This document shows positions 18,491 to 26,500 of a DNA stretch of 64,000 bases, piece after piece (positions within the stretch are counted from its first letter, which is position 1; every line of letters starts with the position of its first letter). The notes beneath the pieces were generated by a model. The model was not told where the DNA came from, ran no database searches, and saw only the letters and a list, made by a program, of their open reading frames with translations. Made by a program: the position numbers and the translations under genes. The stretch lies in the sequence record PZ445446.1; one strand, given 5' to 3'. This stretch comes from a phage.

Positions 18491-18634
18491 CTATCCTACA
18501 AATAGCGCCCCTGGTTGGCCCTGTAAGCGCCAAAAAGGCCCCACCTATGCAATCGCCCCCCTTTAACCTGAAAACATCGCTTAGGGCCGTTTTATGGCGT
18601 TAAAAATATCATTGACAGTGATTTTATTTAAAGC

Positions 18635-18662
18635 TTGACATCTTAAACAGGTTAGCTATACT
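18635..18662 (+). promoter_or_regulatory. sigma70-like promoter candidate
   Basis: TTGACA 18635-18640, 16-bp spacer, TATACT; second TTGACA at 18612. Confidence 0.45.
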
Positions 18663-18694
18663 AACCACATCAAAGAGAGAAAGGAGTAAACGCC

Positions 18695-18943
18695 ATGCGT
18701 AAATTAAAAAATTTTGATAAAGTTGATGTTGTCCTGAATAATTTTTACTACTGCAACAACAAGGCCATTTGGTGGCGTGATAGTTCCACCGATAAAGTCA
18801 AGGCGCGCTTTCTCCAGGGGCACTGGCAAGGCCGCCCAGTGATTAAAATCATGGGGCAATTGGTAGCGTTTAAAAATTGCCGCCGTGTTGATGACGTTGA
18901 AGAGATCTTGAATATTTTACGCCACAATAATTTAAAAAAATAG
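18695..18943 (+). CDS. hypothetical protein
   Basis: ORF track 82 aa; GAGAAAGGAG leader. Confidence 0.55.
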   Translation: MRKLKNFDKVDVVLNNFYYCNNKAIWWRDSSTDKVKARFLQGHWQGRPVIKIMGQLVAFKNCRRVDDVEEILNILRHNNLKK

Positions 18944-18945
18944 TG

Positions 18946-18973
18946 TTGACAAGTAAATCTCAATAAGTATACT
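18946..18973 (+). promoter_or_regulatory. sigma70-like promoter candidate
   Basis: TTGACA 18946-18951, 16-bp spacer, TATACT; followed by leader hairpin GGCGGGAAGTTTTCCCGCC. Confidence 0.45.
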
Positions 18974-19030
18974 TAAGCACACAGGCGGGAAGTTTTCCCG
19001 CCACTAACAAAGAAAATAGGAGAAAATATC

Positions 19031-19654
19031 ATGACCACCGTTAACATTACCACAGGTTGCAATTTATCTTTCGACGTGCTGACCGATGAACAAAAAGAAA
19101 AAGCTATTGAAATGGTCCGCGAAAGAGAAGAACACAGCGGAGAGGATTTTTTCGCAGAAAGTGTAATTGAATATTATAAAGAACAAGTTTTTCCAGAGTA
19201 CGGCCTTGAAGATACCGATGTACATTGGTCCGGCTTTTGGTGTCAAGGCGATGGCGCGTCAATTAGTGCTGAAAATGTAGACTTAGAGAAATTCTTGCGT
19301 AAAGTCAAGGCCCTGACCAAGTTCCGATCAATTCGTCACTTGTTCGGAACAATGCACGATGGCGAACTATCAGCCAGTGTTGAACGCGACAAGTACAGCC
19401 ATTACAGCCATGAAAACACTGTAAGCGGATATATTGATACTACCTGGCTAGATCTGACCGCAAAACAAGAAAATAAAGTAGAAGATCTGGAAGAGCTGAT
19501 CACCGAGACGGTACGGGAGCTATCCCGCAAGGTTTATGTAGACCTGGAGGAGGCCTATCTTGAACAGTTTACTACCGAAAACCTGATCGGCCTTATTGAA
19601 GCCAATGATTGGCGGTTTGATGTGGATGAATATGGAGAAATGAGTTTTTCATAA
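19031..19654 (+). CDS. hypothetical acidic protein
   Basis: ORF track 207 aa; GGAGAAAATATCATG leader. Confidence 0.6.
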   Translation: MTTVNITTGCNLSFDVLTDEQKEKAIEMVREREEHSGEDFFAESVIEYYKEQVFPEYGLEDTDVHWSGFWCQGDGASISAENVDLEKFLRKVKALTKFRSIRHLFGTMHDGELSASVERDKYSHYSHENTVSGYIDTTWLDLTAKQENKVEDLEELITETVRELSRKVYVDLEEAYLEQFTTENLIGLIEANDWRFDVDEYGEMSFS

Positions 19655-19745
19655 ATAAAGTGTTGCAATAATCTAAAAACCTGCTATATTAAAACTTAAG
19701 GGGGAGAGATGACTTGCCCCCACACAAAACAAAGAGGAAAACATC

Positions 19746-20126
19746 ATGAAAAACACTACTAAAGCTATTGACACCGTTATGTTTAACCTGGTTACATTCC
19801 GTGAAGATATGAAAGATCTTCCACGTGAAACAGTGTGCGACCATATCGAAAACTATCGCAAACTAATCAAAGAGTTGCCTTTAAAACGTGACCAGTACGC
19901 GGCTAACGCTATGCTTAACGCCATGATCAAGAAAATGATTCAGTGCGATTTGACTTTAGCTTATGATTATGCAGGTGGTCGTTTTGCAGTATACAATCAG
20001 CCCGTGCCTGGTATGAGCACCACAGAAGAATTGCACGCGTTAAATCTAAAACAAGACGTATGGGATAACATGCCCCGCGTGGTGGTGTGGGCAGAAAGCG
20101 GAAAGATTTACGGCGATAATTTTTAA
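19746..20126 (+). CDS. hypothetical protein
   Basis: ORF track 126 aa; AAAGAGGAAAACATCATG leader after hairpin. Confidence 0.6.
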   Translation: MKNTTKAIDTVMFNLVTFREDMKDLPRETVCDHIENYRKLIKELPLKRDQYAANAMLNAMIKKMIQCDLTLAYDYAGGRFAVYNQPVPGMSTTEELHALNLKQDVWDNMPRVVVWAESGKIYGDNF

Positions 20127-20190
20127 TCAGGTAACAGGCGGCATATTTGCCGCCTTATTGTTAAACAGAACTGCAAAAGAGGTACATAGA

Positions 20191-20562
20191 ATGGAATTTA
20201 TTATTTTGGCTGTAGTAGTTGCCTTGTTCAACGCCTGGATCGCTGGCAAGATGGGTAGATCCGCTTTTCTATGGTTTGTTATATCTATTTTCCTGGGAGT
20301 GGTTGCAACTATTGTATTGGTTATCCTTGCAATTGTTGACAAGGGGAATAATAGAAAGGGTAAAGTATTTTCAGACCTGTACGACGCTCAAACGTTTGTC
20401 AACGCCTATTATAGTGATCTTCCAGTCTCCCTACGCTGCAGCCTGGCACAACAGGTTTTTGATGAGGCTAAAACCAGAGACCAAGCCCATGAGATATGTT
20501 TAACTGAGGCGGATCGCCTATTTGAGAGGAATAGAAAATATGTGGACCAGCCGTTTAAATAA
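20191..20562 (+). CDS. hypothetical membrane protein (two predicted TM helices)
   Basis: Track ORF trimmed to ATG 20191 after AAAAGAGG; hydrophobic stretches. Confidence 0.5.
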   Translation: MEFIILAVVVALFNAWIAGKMGRSAFLWFVISIFLGVVATIVLVILAIVDKGNNRKGKVFSDLYDAQTFVNAYYSDLPVSLRCSLAQQVFDEAKTRDQAHEICLTEADRLFERNRKYVDQPFK

Positions 20563-20781
20563 TGCCACGTTAATTAACCCCTTTAGTGAAGATTTGAAGC
20601 CAGCCGCCTGGCGGGATGGATTCAATAACGAAAGCTTTATTTTCAGGCCTGATCTTAAGGAATTTTATAACAATGGATCGAACAACGACAGAGATAATTT
20701 TTCTTGTAATGTGCGTGGTGATAATACTCCTGGGGGCCATTGCAAACCACGTCACTGCTAACAGGAGGAAAGGGGGAGACG

Positions 20782-20901
20782 ATGACACCCAAGGATAAGC
20801 CCCGCACCGATAAGGCGCGCCGTGTTATGGTATGGCTTGAGATCATCGCCCTTGAAATATTGTTAGGCGTAGGGATGTATTTTATCGCTGTAAGTAACTG
20901 A
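20782..20901 (+). CDS. small membrane peptide (39 aa)
   Basis: AGGAGGAAAGGGGG RBS; C-terminal hydrophobic segment; read by eye. Confidence 0.3.
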   Translation: MTPKDKPRTDKARRVMVWLEIIALEILLGVGMYFIAVSN

Positions 20902-21040
20902 TAACGGCCCCGATCCCTGGGGCCTAACTTTTCAAATTTTTTCTCCCTGAGTGTTGCAATCCGATCCAGAATATGGATAATAACAATCAACGGGGAGACA
21001 CTCCCCACCGCATAGACAAAGTTCCAAAAGGAGAAACAAA

Positions 21041-21241
21041 ATGAGCAACAATATCCGCGTTATTAACTTCAAAAAAGAAGAAAAAATTGCCGTGCTGATT
21101 GACGGTCAAGAAATCTTTAAAGGTGATTATGAAGATCATCAAACGGCGATTAGTATCACTCGCGTGATTGGTTACCATAATTTTTACCCTCAAGGCGCTG
21201 AGGCAGCAGTAAAACGAATTAAAGAGATTGTAGGCCTGTAA
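21041..21241 (+). CDS. hypothetical protein
   Basis: ORF track 66 aa; AAAAGGAGAAACAAAATG leader after hairpin. Confidence 0.55.
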   Translation: MSNNIRVINFKKEEKIAVLIDGQEIFKGDYEDHQTAISITRVIGYHNFYPQGAEAAVKRIKEIVGL

Positions 21242-21290
21242 AATTTATTTTTAGATGGCCTTGACTCCAGGGCCATCAATAAAGTAAATT
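21241..21290 (+). promoter_or_regulatory. repeated palindromic TTGAC cassette, copy 3
   Basis: AATTTATTTTTAGATGGCCTTGACTCCAGGGCCATCAATAAAGTAAAT directly after stop codon. Confidence 0.5.
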
Positions 21291-21332
21291 TAAACCCTGT
21301 TAAAATAATCAGTGCAAAAAGGAGTAATGATC

Positions 21333-21632
21333 ATGTTTATCCAGGCTAATAATCTTTATTTCTTTGATGGTCAGATCGTAGACGGCGTGGAGGTGGAAAT
21401 CACCGGGTGCCCTGGCGGTCAGGTTATGACTTTTCGGAATAATGCCTTTGATGATTCTCATATCGTTATGAGAATGGAAGTTAGTAAGCTGGATGACAAG
21501 AAAACACTTATCGACTATTCCGTCAAAGATCATCCAGACTACCACATGATCTATGGTGATTTGTGCATTGTTGACCGTGACAAGGTGGGCGGCATTGTGA
21601 TCGCTATTGTGAACGATGTTTTCTCAAACTAA
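21333..21632 (+). CDS. hypothetical protein
   Basis: Track ORF trimmed to ATG 21333, 8 nt after AAAAAGGAG. Confidence 0.5.
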   Translation: MFIQANNLYFFDGQIVDGVEVEITGCPGGQVMTFRNNAFDDSHIVMRMEVSKLDDKKTLIDYSVKDHPDYHMIYGDLCIVDRDKVGGIVIAIVNDVFSN

Positions 21633-21649
21633 TTTCAGCAGGTGATTTT

Positions 21650-22000
21650 ATGAAAGTAAAACTATATTACCTTAATGAGCTTAACCCCCTTGCCCAGGTC
21701 CGCGCCCTGGCTAATACCTTGATTTGTGAGAAATCTGTATATTGTGTTGAGCTTAACGCCATGCGTGAACGTCTCAAAGGTGGTTACTTTGACATCCATG
21801 CTGCAATCAACGGCCTGAATATGGAATTTATCCGCTTACGTAACAGCCGCCAGAATCTGGCAAGAATGGAACAAGATCCGGCCCACCTTCGTAAGCTGGT
21901 TATTGAAAATCATCTGATGTTTAATGCCGATGGTGATTATTACCATTTTCACCGCAAACGCTGGTACCGTGGCGGCAATACAGGCAAGAATGCAAAATAA
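21650..22000 (+). CDS. hypothetical protein
   Basis: ORF track 116 aa. Confidence 0.5.
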   Translation: MKVKLYYLNELNPLAQVRALANTLICEKSVYCVELNAMRERLKGGYFDIHAAINGLNMEFIRLRNSRQNLARMEQDPAHLRKLVIENHLMFNADGDYYHFHRKRWYRGGNTGKNAK

Positions 22001-22036
22001 GGCCCCAGGCAGGGCCTGCAGCGATATAATCACATA

Positions 22037-22070
22037 AAGGCTATGCGGTTGCATGGCCTTTATTATTTTA
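22037..22070 (+). terminator. intrinsic terminator candidate
   Basis: GGCTATGCGGTTGCATGGCC hairpin followed by TTTATTATTTT. Confidence 0.45.
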
Positions 22071-22201
22071 GCGTTACAGCGGCCCCAAGGCGCTTAAAAA
22101 ATTTTTAAAGAAGTACTTGCATCAAGTCCTACAATATGGATAATAGGACGTGTCAGGGGGGCGGCCCCCAATCATTAACCGGATAGATAGGAGTTAAAAT
22201 C

Positions 22202-22486
22202 ATGGCTATTGTCACCGTTGGCGATGTAGTGGAAATGGAAGCAAAATACTTAAAAGCGGGTATGCATATCCTACGGAATGATCAAGAATTGTTATTAACG
22301 ATGGTAGACTATAATCCCGGCCAGGATTATCCAAGCATCGACTACTTTTTTGAGTATGTTGATGAAGAATTGAAAGAGGATGAGGCTTATCAGGGTGAAT
22401 TCTGCAATTTCTTTTGCCCTGATGAGGTTGTAAAAGTTATCTATCAACCTGGAGTACCTTTCCCGCTGCACGCTATCAATAAATAA
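22202..22486 (+). CDS. hypothetical protein
   Basis: ORF track 94 aa; AGGAGTTAAAATCATG leader. Confidence 0.55.
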   Translation: MAIVTVGDVVEMEAKYLKAGMHILRNDQELLLTMVDYNPGQDYPSIDYFFEYVDEELKEDEAYQGEFCNFFCPDEVVKVIYQPGVPFPLHAINK

Positions 22487-22540
22487 ACCTGGTGGGGCCG
22501 AAAAGGCCCCAATTATGAAAATAAAGAGAGGTAAATCATC

Positions 22541-22774
22541 ATGATGGAACAAATTAAACGCGCTGAGTCTATTAATGGCAATGTGATCTATTTTGTCAGC
22601 AAAAACGAAAAAGGCGTACCATATGCGGCGGTAATAGTACAACCTGACGGCGATTATTGGTTTACTGTGTACGGCGCTTATTCTTTTGGGCGTCCGGTGC
22701 ATGATAGAATTTTGAAAGTAGCGAACCCTACCGGGAAAAATATTACAGCAGAAAAATTTTTTGAAAATAGTTGA
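22541..22774 (+). CDS. hypothetical protein
   Basis: ORF track 77 aa; AAAGAGAGGTAAATCATCATG leader. Confidence 0.55.
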   Translation: MMEQIKRAESINGNVIYFVSKNEKGVPYAAVIVQPDGDYWFTVYGAYSFGRPVHDRILKVANPTGKNITAEKFFENS

Positions 22775-22798
22775 CATGACCATATAAGACTGTAGAAT
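22771..22798 (+). promoter_or_regulatory. sigma70-like promoter candidate
   Basis: TTGACA 22771-22776, 16-bp spacer, TAGAAT. Confidence 0.45.
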
Positions 22799-22850
22799 AT
22801 AAATCAAAGGGGGCAACAAGCCCCACCAACCACAAAGAGGATAAAAAATC

Positions 22851-23030
22851 ATGGCTATTATTGCAAAGACTGAGATCGTAGGCTTAGATTCTATTCTCCT
22901 CGCATATGAGGAAGCTATAGAAATGTATGTGGTTTCCTATGGTGAATATATCCGTGAATATAAATCTATTGATCTGGCTTTTGAATGTTATATTCGCCAG
23001 GTTAATAAAGCGTACGATGATTATCGTTAA
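22851..23030 (+). CDS. small hypothetical protein (59 aa)
   Basis: Leader AAAGAGGATAAAAAATCATG after GGGGGCAACAAGCCCC hairpin; below track cutoff; read by eye. Confidence 0.4.
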   Translation: MAIIAKTEIVGLDSILLAYEEAIEMYVVSYGEYIREYKSIDLAFECYIRQVNKAYDDYR

Positions 23031-23120
23031 AATAGCTTGACAACAAACAACCATCTAACAAAGCATAATACATAAGGCGGTGGAATGGTCCGCCACCTGG
23101 AACAAGAAGAGGAAAACAAG

Positions 23121-23225
23121 ATGAAACAGAAATTAATTGATGCGGTGATCCTGGTTATTGCCCTGGGTATTGGCCTGATTGCAACCATGTCTAATATGAT
23201 CTTGTCTTCCAACGGTATCGGGTGA
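23121..23225 (+). CDS. small hydrophobic peptide (34 aa)
   Basis: Leader AAGAAGAGGAAAACAAGATG; sequence VILVIALGIGLIATM; read by eye. Confidence 0.35.
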   Translation: MKQKLIDAVILVIALGIGLIATMSNMILSSNGIG

Positions 23226-23234
23226 GGTTGGCAA

Positions 23235-23450
23235 ATGATCACTAACAAAACAGGCAAAACAGAATTTTTACGCAACTTACAGATCGGCAAGCCTGAGATC
23301 TGGTATTGCACTAAAACACCACGTGACGAAATGAAAGACTTCACCGCCACGCTGCAACGGGTAAAGATATCCATCACGCAGAAAAAGGCCTTATTAGTGG
23401 TGGAAGGTGAGATCCCCCAAACCGTTGTTATAGTTGGGCGTACAGCATAG
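23235..23450 (+). CDS. hypothetical protein
   Basis: ORF track 71 aa. Confidence 0.45.
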   Translation: MITNKTGKTEFLRNLQIGKPEIWYCTKTPRDEMKDFTATLQRVKISITQKKALLVVEGEIPQTVVIVGRTA

Positions 23451-23541
23451 TTTAATTTATACCGATACCCGAAAATTAACCAACAAAGCATAAACAGGCG
23501 GTTACCGCCGCCTTAAACGTAGCAGAAAGAGGATAGACACA

Positions 23542-23826
23542 ATGAAAAAGATGATCGCAGTGGTTGCCCTGGTTGTTGGACTTAATGCGCCTGTAATGGC
23601 TAAAGAGCTGGCAAAAGAGGTTAATCTAACGGATATTCATGCCGTCAATCAAATAGGGGTTACTTATCGCTTATGCCTTGCCGCTAAAACTTTTAAGGAC
23701 GGCACGACAGAGTACTACGGATTCGAGGGTATCCGGTGCGGTGAGCTTGCTCGCGACCTTAAGGAAGATCCAGACCTGGAAGATCTGCCCATAACCGTGA
23801 ACGGGAAAACTTACGTAAACCGTTAA
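23542..23826 (+). CDS. hypothetical secreted protein
   Basis: ORF track 94 aa; N-terminal signal-peptide-like MKKMIAVVALVVGLNAPVMA. Confidence 0.55.
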   Translation: MKKMIAVVALVVGLNAPVMAKELAKEVNLTDIHAVNQIGVTYRLCLAAKTFKDGTTEYYGFEGIRCGELARDLKEDPDLEDLPITVNGKTYVNR

Positions 23827-23975
23827 CCATGAGAAAGATAATTATCACCTTGGGGATTGTGGCGGGATCGCTGGCGCTCTTTCCCCTTATGGTTAGATAT
23901 GTGCTGATCAGTATTGTCCTGATAGTCAGTGATCTATTGGAAACGGTTGGCACCTTGTTTTAAAGAGCGGTAAAA

Positions 23976-24167
23976 ATGAATATCGAACAAGTTAGAAAGG
24001 TATTAGCAGTACTGCGTTATCATAATCATAGAAAGGTTATAGACGATCCTGATTATGTTGATTCAAGTCTGGAAGGGGATACACTGCAAGCCATAAGCAA
24101 CATGCAAGAATTGCTAAAGCGCATGACAGAGAAAAACCGACCGGACTACATAGGCGAAAAAATATAA
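23976..24167 (+). CDS. hypothetical protein
   Basis: ORF track 63 aa. Confidence 0.45.
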   Translation: MNIEQVRKVLAVLRYHNHRKVIDDPDYVDSSLEGDTLQAISNMQELLKRMTEKNRPDYIGEKI

Positions 24168-24185
24168 TCCTTATAAACTACAAAA

Positions 24186-24212
24186 CAGGGCTTGCAATGG
24201 TCCTGTTTTTTG
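24186..24212 (+). terminator. intrinsic terminator candidate
   Basis: ACAGG..CCTGT stem followed by TTTTTTG. Confidence 0.4.
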
Positions 24213-24224
24213 TTATACTTGTTT

Positions 24225-24273
24225 CACGGCAGGCACCTGGCGACGGGGGGAGACAATCACCGGGTGTGCCTGC
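24225..24273 (-). repeat. GC-rich structured element copy C (inverted relative to A/B)
   Basis: Reverse complement closely matches 15262..15300; contains GCAGGCAC/GTGCCTGC stem. Confidence 0.5.
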
Positions 24274-24295
24274 TATATAAAAATTATAAAAACCG

Positions 24296-24324
24296 TTGAC
24301 ATCTGCCAGGTGGTGGGGTAGCAT
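24296..24324 (+). promoter_or_regulatory. sigma70-like promoter candidate
   Basis: TTGACA 24296-24301, 17-bp spacer, TAGCAT. Confidence 0.4.
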
Positions 24325-24379
24325 TTATCTCGAAGGGGGCAAAAGCGCCCACACAACAACCGGAAGAGAGGAAAACGCC

Positions 24380-24652
24380 ATGTTAAGCTGGATTAACCAA
24401 GAAGTTGAATCACGTTTTAATGCTATTTGGGATCTCATCGAAAAAGAGGACGGAACATCAAGCCCTTATCTCAATAATCTTGAATTCCATTTCGTGGAAG
24501 CGATGAACGCAGAACATGATCACGAAGGTGGTGCGGATGAATTCGCTAAAGGATATGGCTTCAACAATGCCAACGAAATGATCGAGGCGGTTGTACTCCA
24601 GGCTGAGGAAGATTATCAATTAAAAACGCTTGAATTCTGCCGCCGTAAGTAA
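24380..24652 (+). CDS. hypothetical protein
   Basis: Track ORF 24296..24652 trimmed to ATG 24380 after GAAGAGAGGAAAACGCC leader. Confidence 0.5.
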   Translation: MLSWINQEVESRFNAIWDLIEKEDGTSSPYLNNLEFHFVEAMNAEHDHEGGADEFAKGYGFNNANEMIEAVVLQAEEDYQLKTLEFCRRK

Positions 24653-24712
24653 TAAGATAATGACACGGGCCAAAAGGCCCACTAATCAGAACCGCACAAA
24701 GAGGTAAACATC

Positions 24713-24976
24713 ATGAAACGTCTTGATCAGCTCAAATTAGTTCAATATATGGCTTATCGTGTTCTTGAAGTCCAGAAAGGTAGCAAAAAAGAGGTTTGCG
24801 AGAAAGCTTATAAGATCTTCACTCGCAAAAAAGATGACTGGATGCTGCGCCAGACTAAAAAGGCTGACATCTTGGGGTACCTGGAAGAAGAGATCCGCCT
24901 TGAAGAGCAAGAAGAGATCCGCCGTAGTGAGGCAGATTATCAGGCAGCTTGGGAAAACTGGATGAGCAACAAATAA
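24713..24976 (+). CDS. hypothetical protein
   Basis: ORF track 87 aa; AAAGAGGTAAACATCATG leader after GGGCC..GGCCC hairpin. Confidence 0.55.
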   Translation: MKRLDQLKLVQYMAYRVLEVQKGSKKEVCEKAYKIFTRKKDDWMLRQTKKADILGYLEEEIRLEEQEEIRRSEADYQAAWENWMSNK

Positions 24977-25042
24977 TACAACAAGTTACATGGTCAGGGG
25001 CAATAAAGCCCCTTGATCACATAAAAATTATGCTATCCCTGG

Positions 25043-25071
25043 TTGACAGGGATCGGCAGTTTTGCTATATT
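25043..25071 (+). promoter_or_regulatory. sigma70-like promoter with palindrome around -35
   Basis: TTGACA 25043-25048 inside CCCTGG..CAGGGA inverted repeat; 17-bp spacer; TATATT. Confidence 0.45.
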
Positions 25072-25120
25072 CTTTTTTGAAGGGAAGTTGTAAGAAAATT
25101 AACTAAGAGGTAAAAACACC

Positions 25121-25540
25121 ATGAACATTAAATCTAATAATCCGGCATATAGCTTTGATAACGCTTTTTGTCACGGTCCGGCGGCGAAAGGATTCGAAAT
25201 CGATGGTAAACTAATTATTGTCAATGTTGACGGGGAAGAGGTTGCAGTATATCCGGTGGCAGACGTAAAAAGCCGTTTACAATGCCGCATGGATGTTACC
25301 GCCTATCAGCTTGATCCGGTCCGCATAGTTGCCCTGGTCCTGGAAGAAGAAATTAAAGCCATGCACCATAGCAACAGATTTATTGGTGACGCGCAGGATA
25401 ATATGAAAGTATGCCGCCATAAAGTTAATGAAGTGCTTAAAGAGTACGGCTATAAAGATCTTATGATCAAACGTGAGGAAAAATTCCGCTACCGTAACGA
25501 CCTGGCAAATCGGATTTTTGAAATATACGAATCATTATAA
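25121..25540 (+). CDS. hypothetical protein
   Basis: ORF track 139 aa; last plus-strand gene before convergence zone. Confidence 0.55.
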   Translation: MNIKSNNPAYSFDNAFCHGPAAKGFEIDGKLIIVNVDGEEVAVYPVADVKSRLQCRMDVTAYQLDPVRIVALVLEEEIKAMHHSNRFIGDAQDNMKVCRHKVNEVLKEYGYKDLMIKREEKFRYRNDLANRIFEIYESL

Positions 25541-25560
25541 TTTTTTAACTGAATTATCAA

Positions 25561-25584
25561 GGGGCTTAGGCCCCTTTCTTTTTG
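25561..25584 (+). terminator. intrinsic terminator
   Basis: GGGGCTTAGGCCCC hairpin followed by TTTCTTTTTG. Confidence 0.6.
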
Positions 25585-26189
25585 TCTGCTCTTCTCCTAC
25601 CATAAACGGCCCTACCTGGCAAGTGGAATAATTGACTAGCCATCAATCCCACATACTGTACAAATATACATGGAAAATAACTATTGCATAATTTTTCATT
25701 GTGTGGTAGCAAGTCCATTTTTACCCGTTTTCTCTCCCAAAAGTGCACGTAATGCCGCTATTGCACAAATTTTAACCTGATGCACATCTCCAATATCTTG
25801 TCAACAACTAAAAATCTTTATAAGTCATACACTTACACAGCATCGAAAGCGTGTTCTACGCGAAAAATCGAGTATAACTATAGCCGCCAGATCTCAGAAT
25901 TCACGTACGCACGCCATTCTATAGCCTGCAAAGTATTTATTCCAACCACAGAATAACGGAATAGTCAATACCTGCATAAAATAATTATTCGTGTAAACTG
26001 CATAACATAAATCAGCTCAGGTGTCAACATTTTTCGTAAACAGTCCGAAATTATCACGATGAGCTATCATAAACAGAGAAATATTTAGTCGTCTAATGTT
26101 TACTGTACATTACTATACTGACTGGAATCATTAGATGACTAAGAGAAAGATAAGAAATAATTAATAATGTAATTATTTTACCTGTAACA

Positions 26190-26500
26190 ATAAGGCAACT
26201 ATGCAAACGAATGGCATGGCGCGACGGAGTCGCGACATAATATAAAAGCAGTAACCATCACCCCCGTGATAGTTTGTCTGCAAACTATTAATCAGATCAT
26301 AGTTGCCTTGTATTTAGTTAATCATGACATAACAAGCAAGGCAACTATAGATCTTCTAATAGTTGCCCTGCTTTTATATTATGTCATAGGAACGCCCGAA
26401 GGGGTGACCTAGTCACCTGGTATAGCCAGCGAAAGATTATTAACTTGTCGATTGTTATCTTGTTAATTGTTTTCATGCAAACGAATGGCATGGCTTATCA
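26190..26500. repeat. cluster of inverted and direct repeats in non-coding DNA
   Basis: AAGGCAACTAT at 26192 and 26338 with inverted ATAGTTGCC(T/C)T at 26299 and 26359; 20-bp direct repeat ATGCAAACGAATGGCATGGC at 26201 and 26475. Confidence 0.6.

Noticed and set aside
15118-24273. Mobile element bounded by inverted repeats
   Set aside because: The inverted GC-rich elements flank the early block, but no transposase, integrase or target-site duplication was seen, and promoter-leader architecture continues past the right-hand copy.
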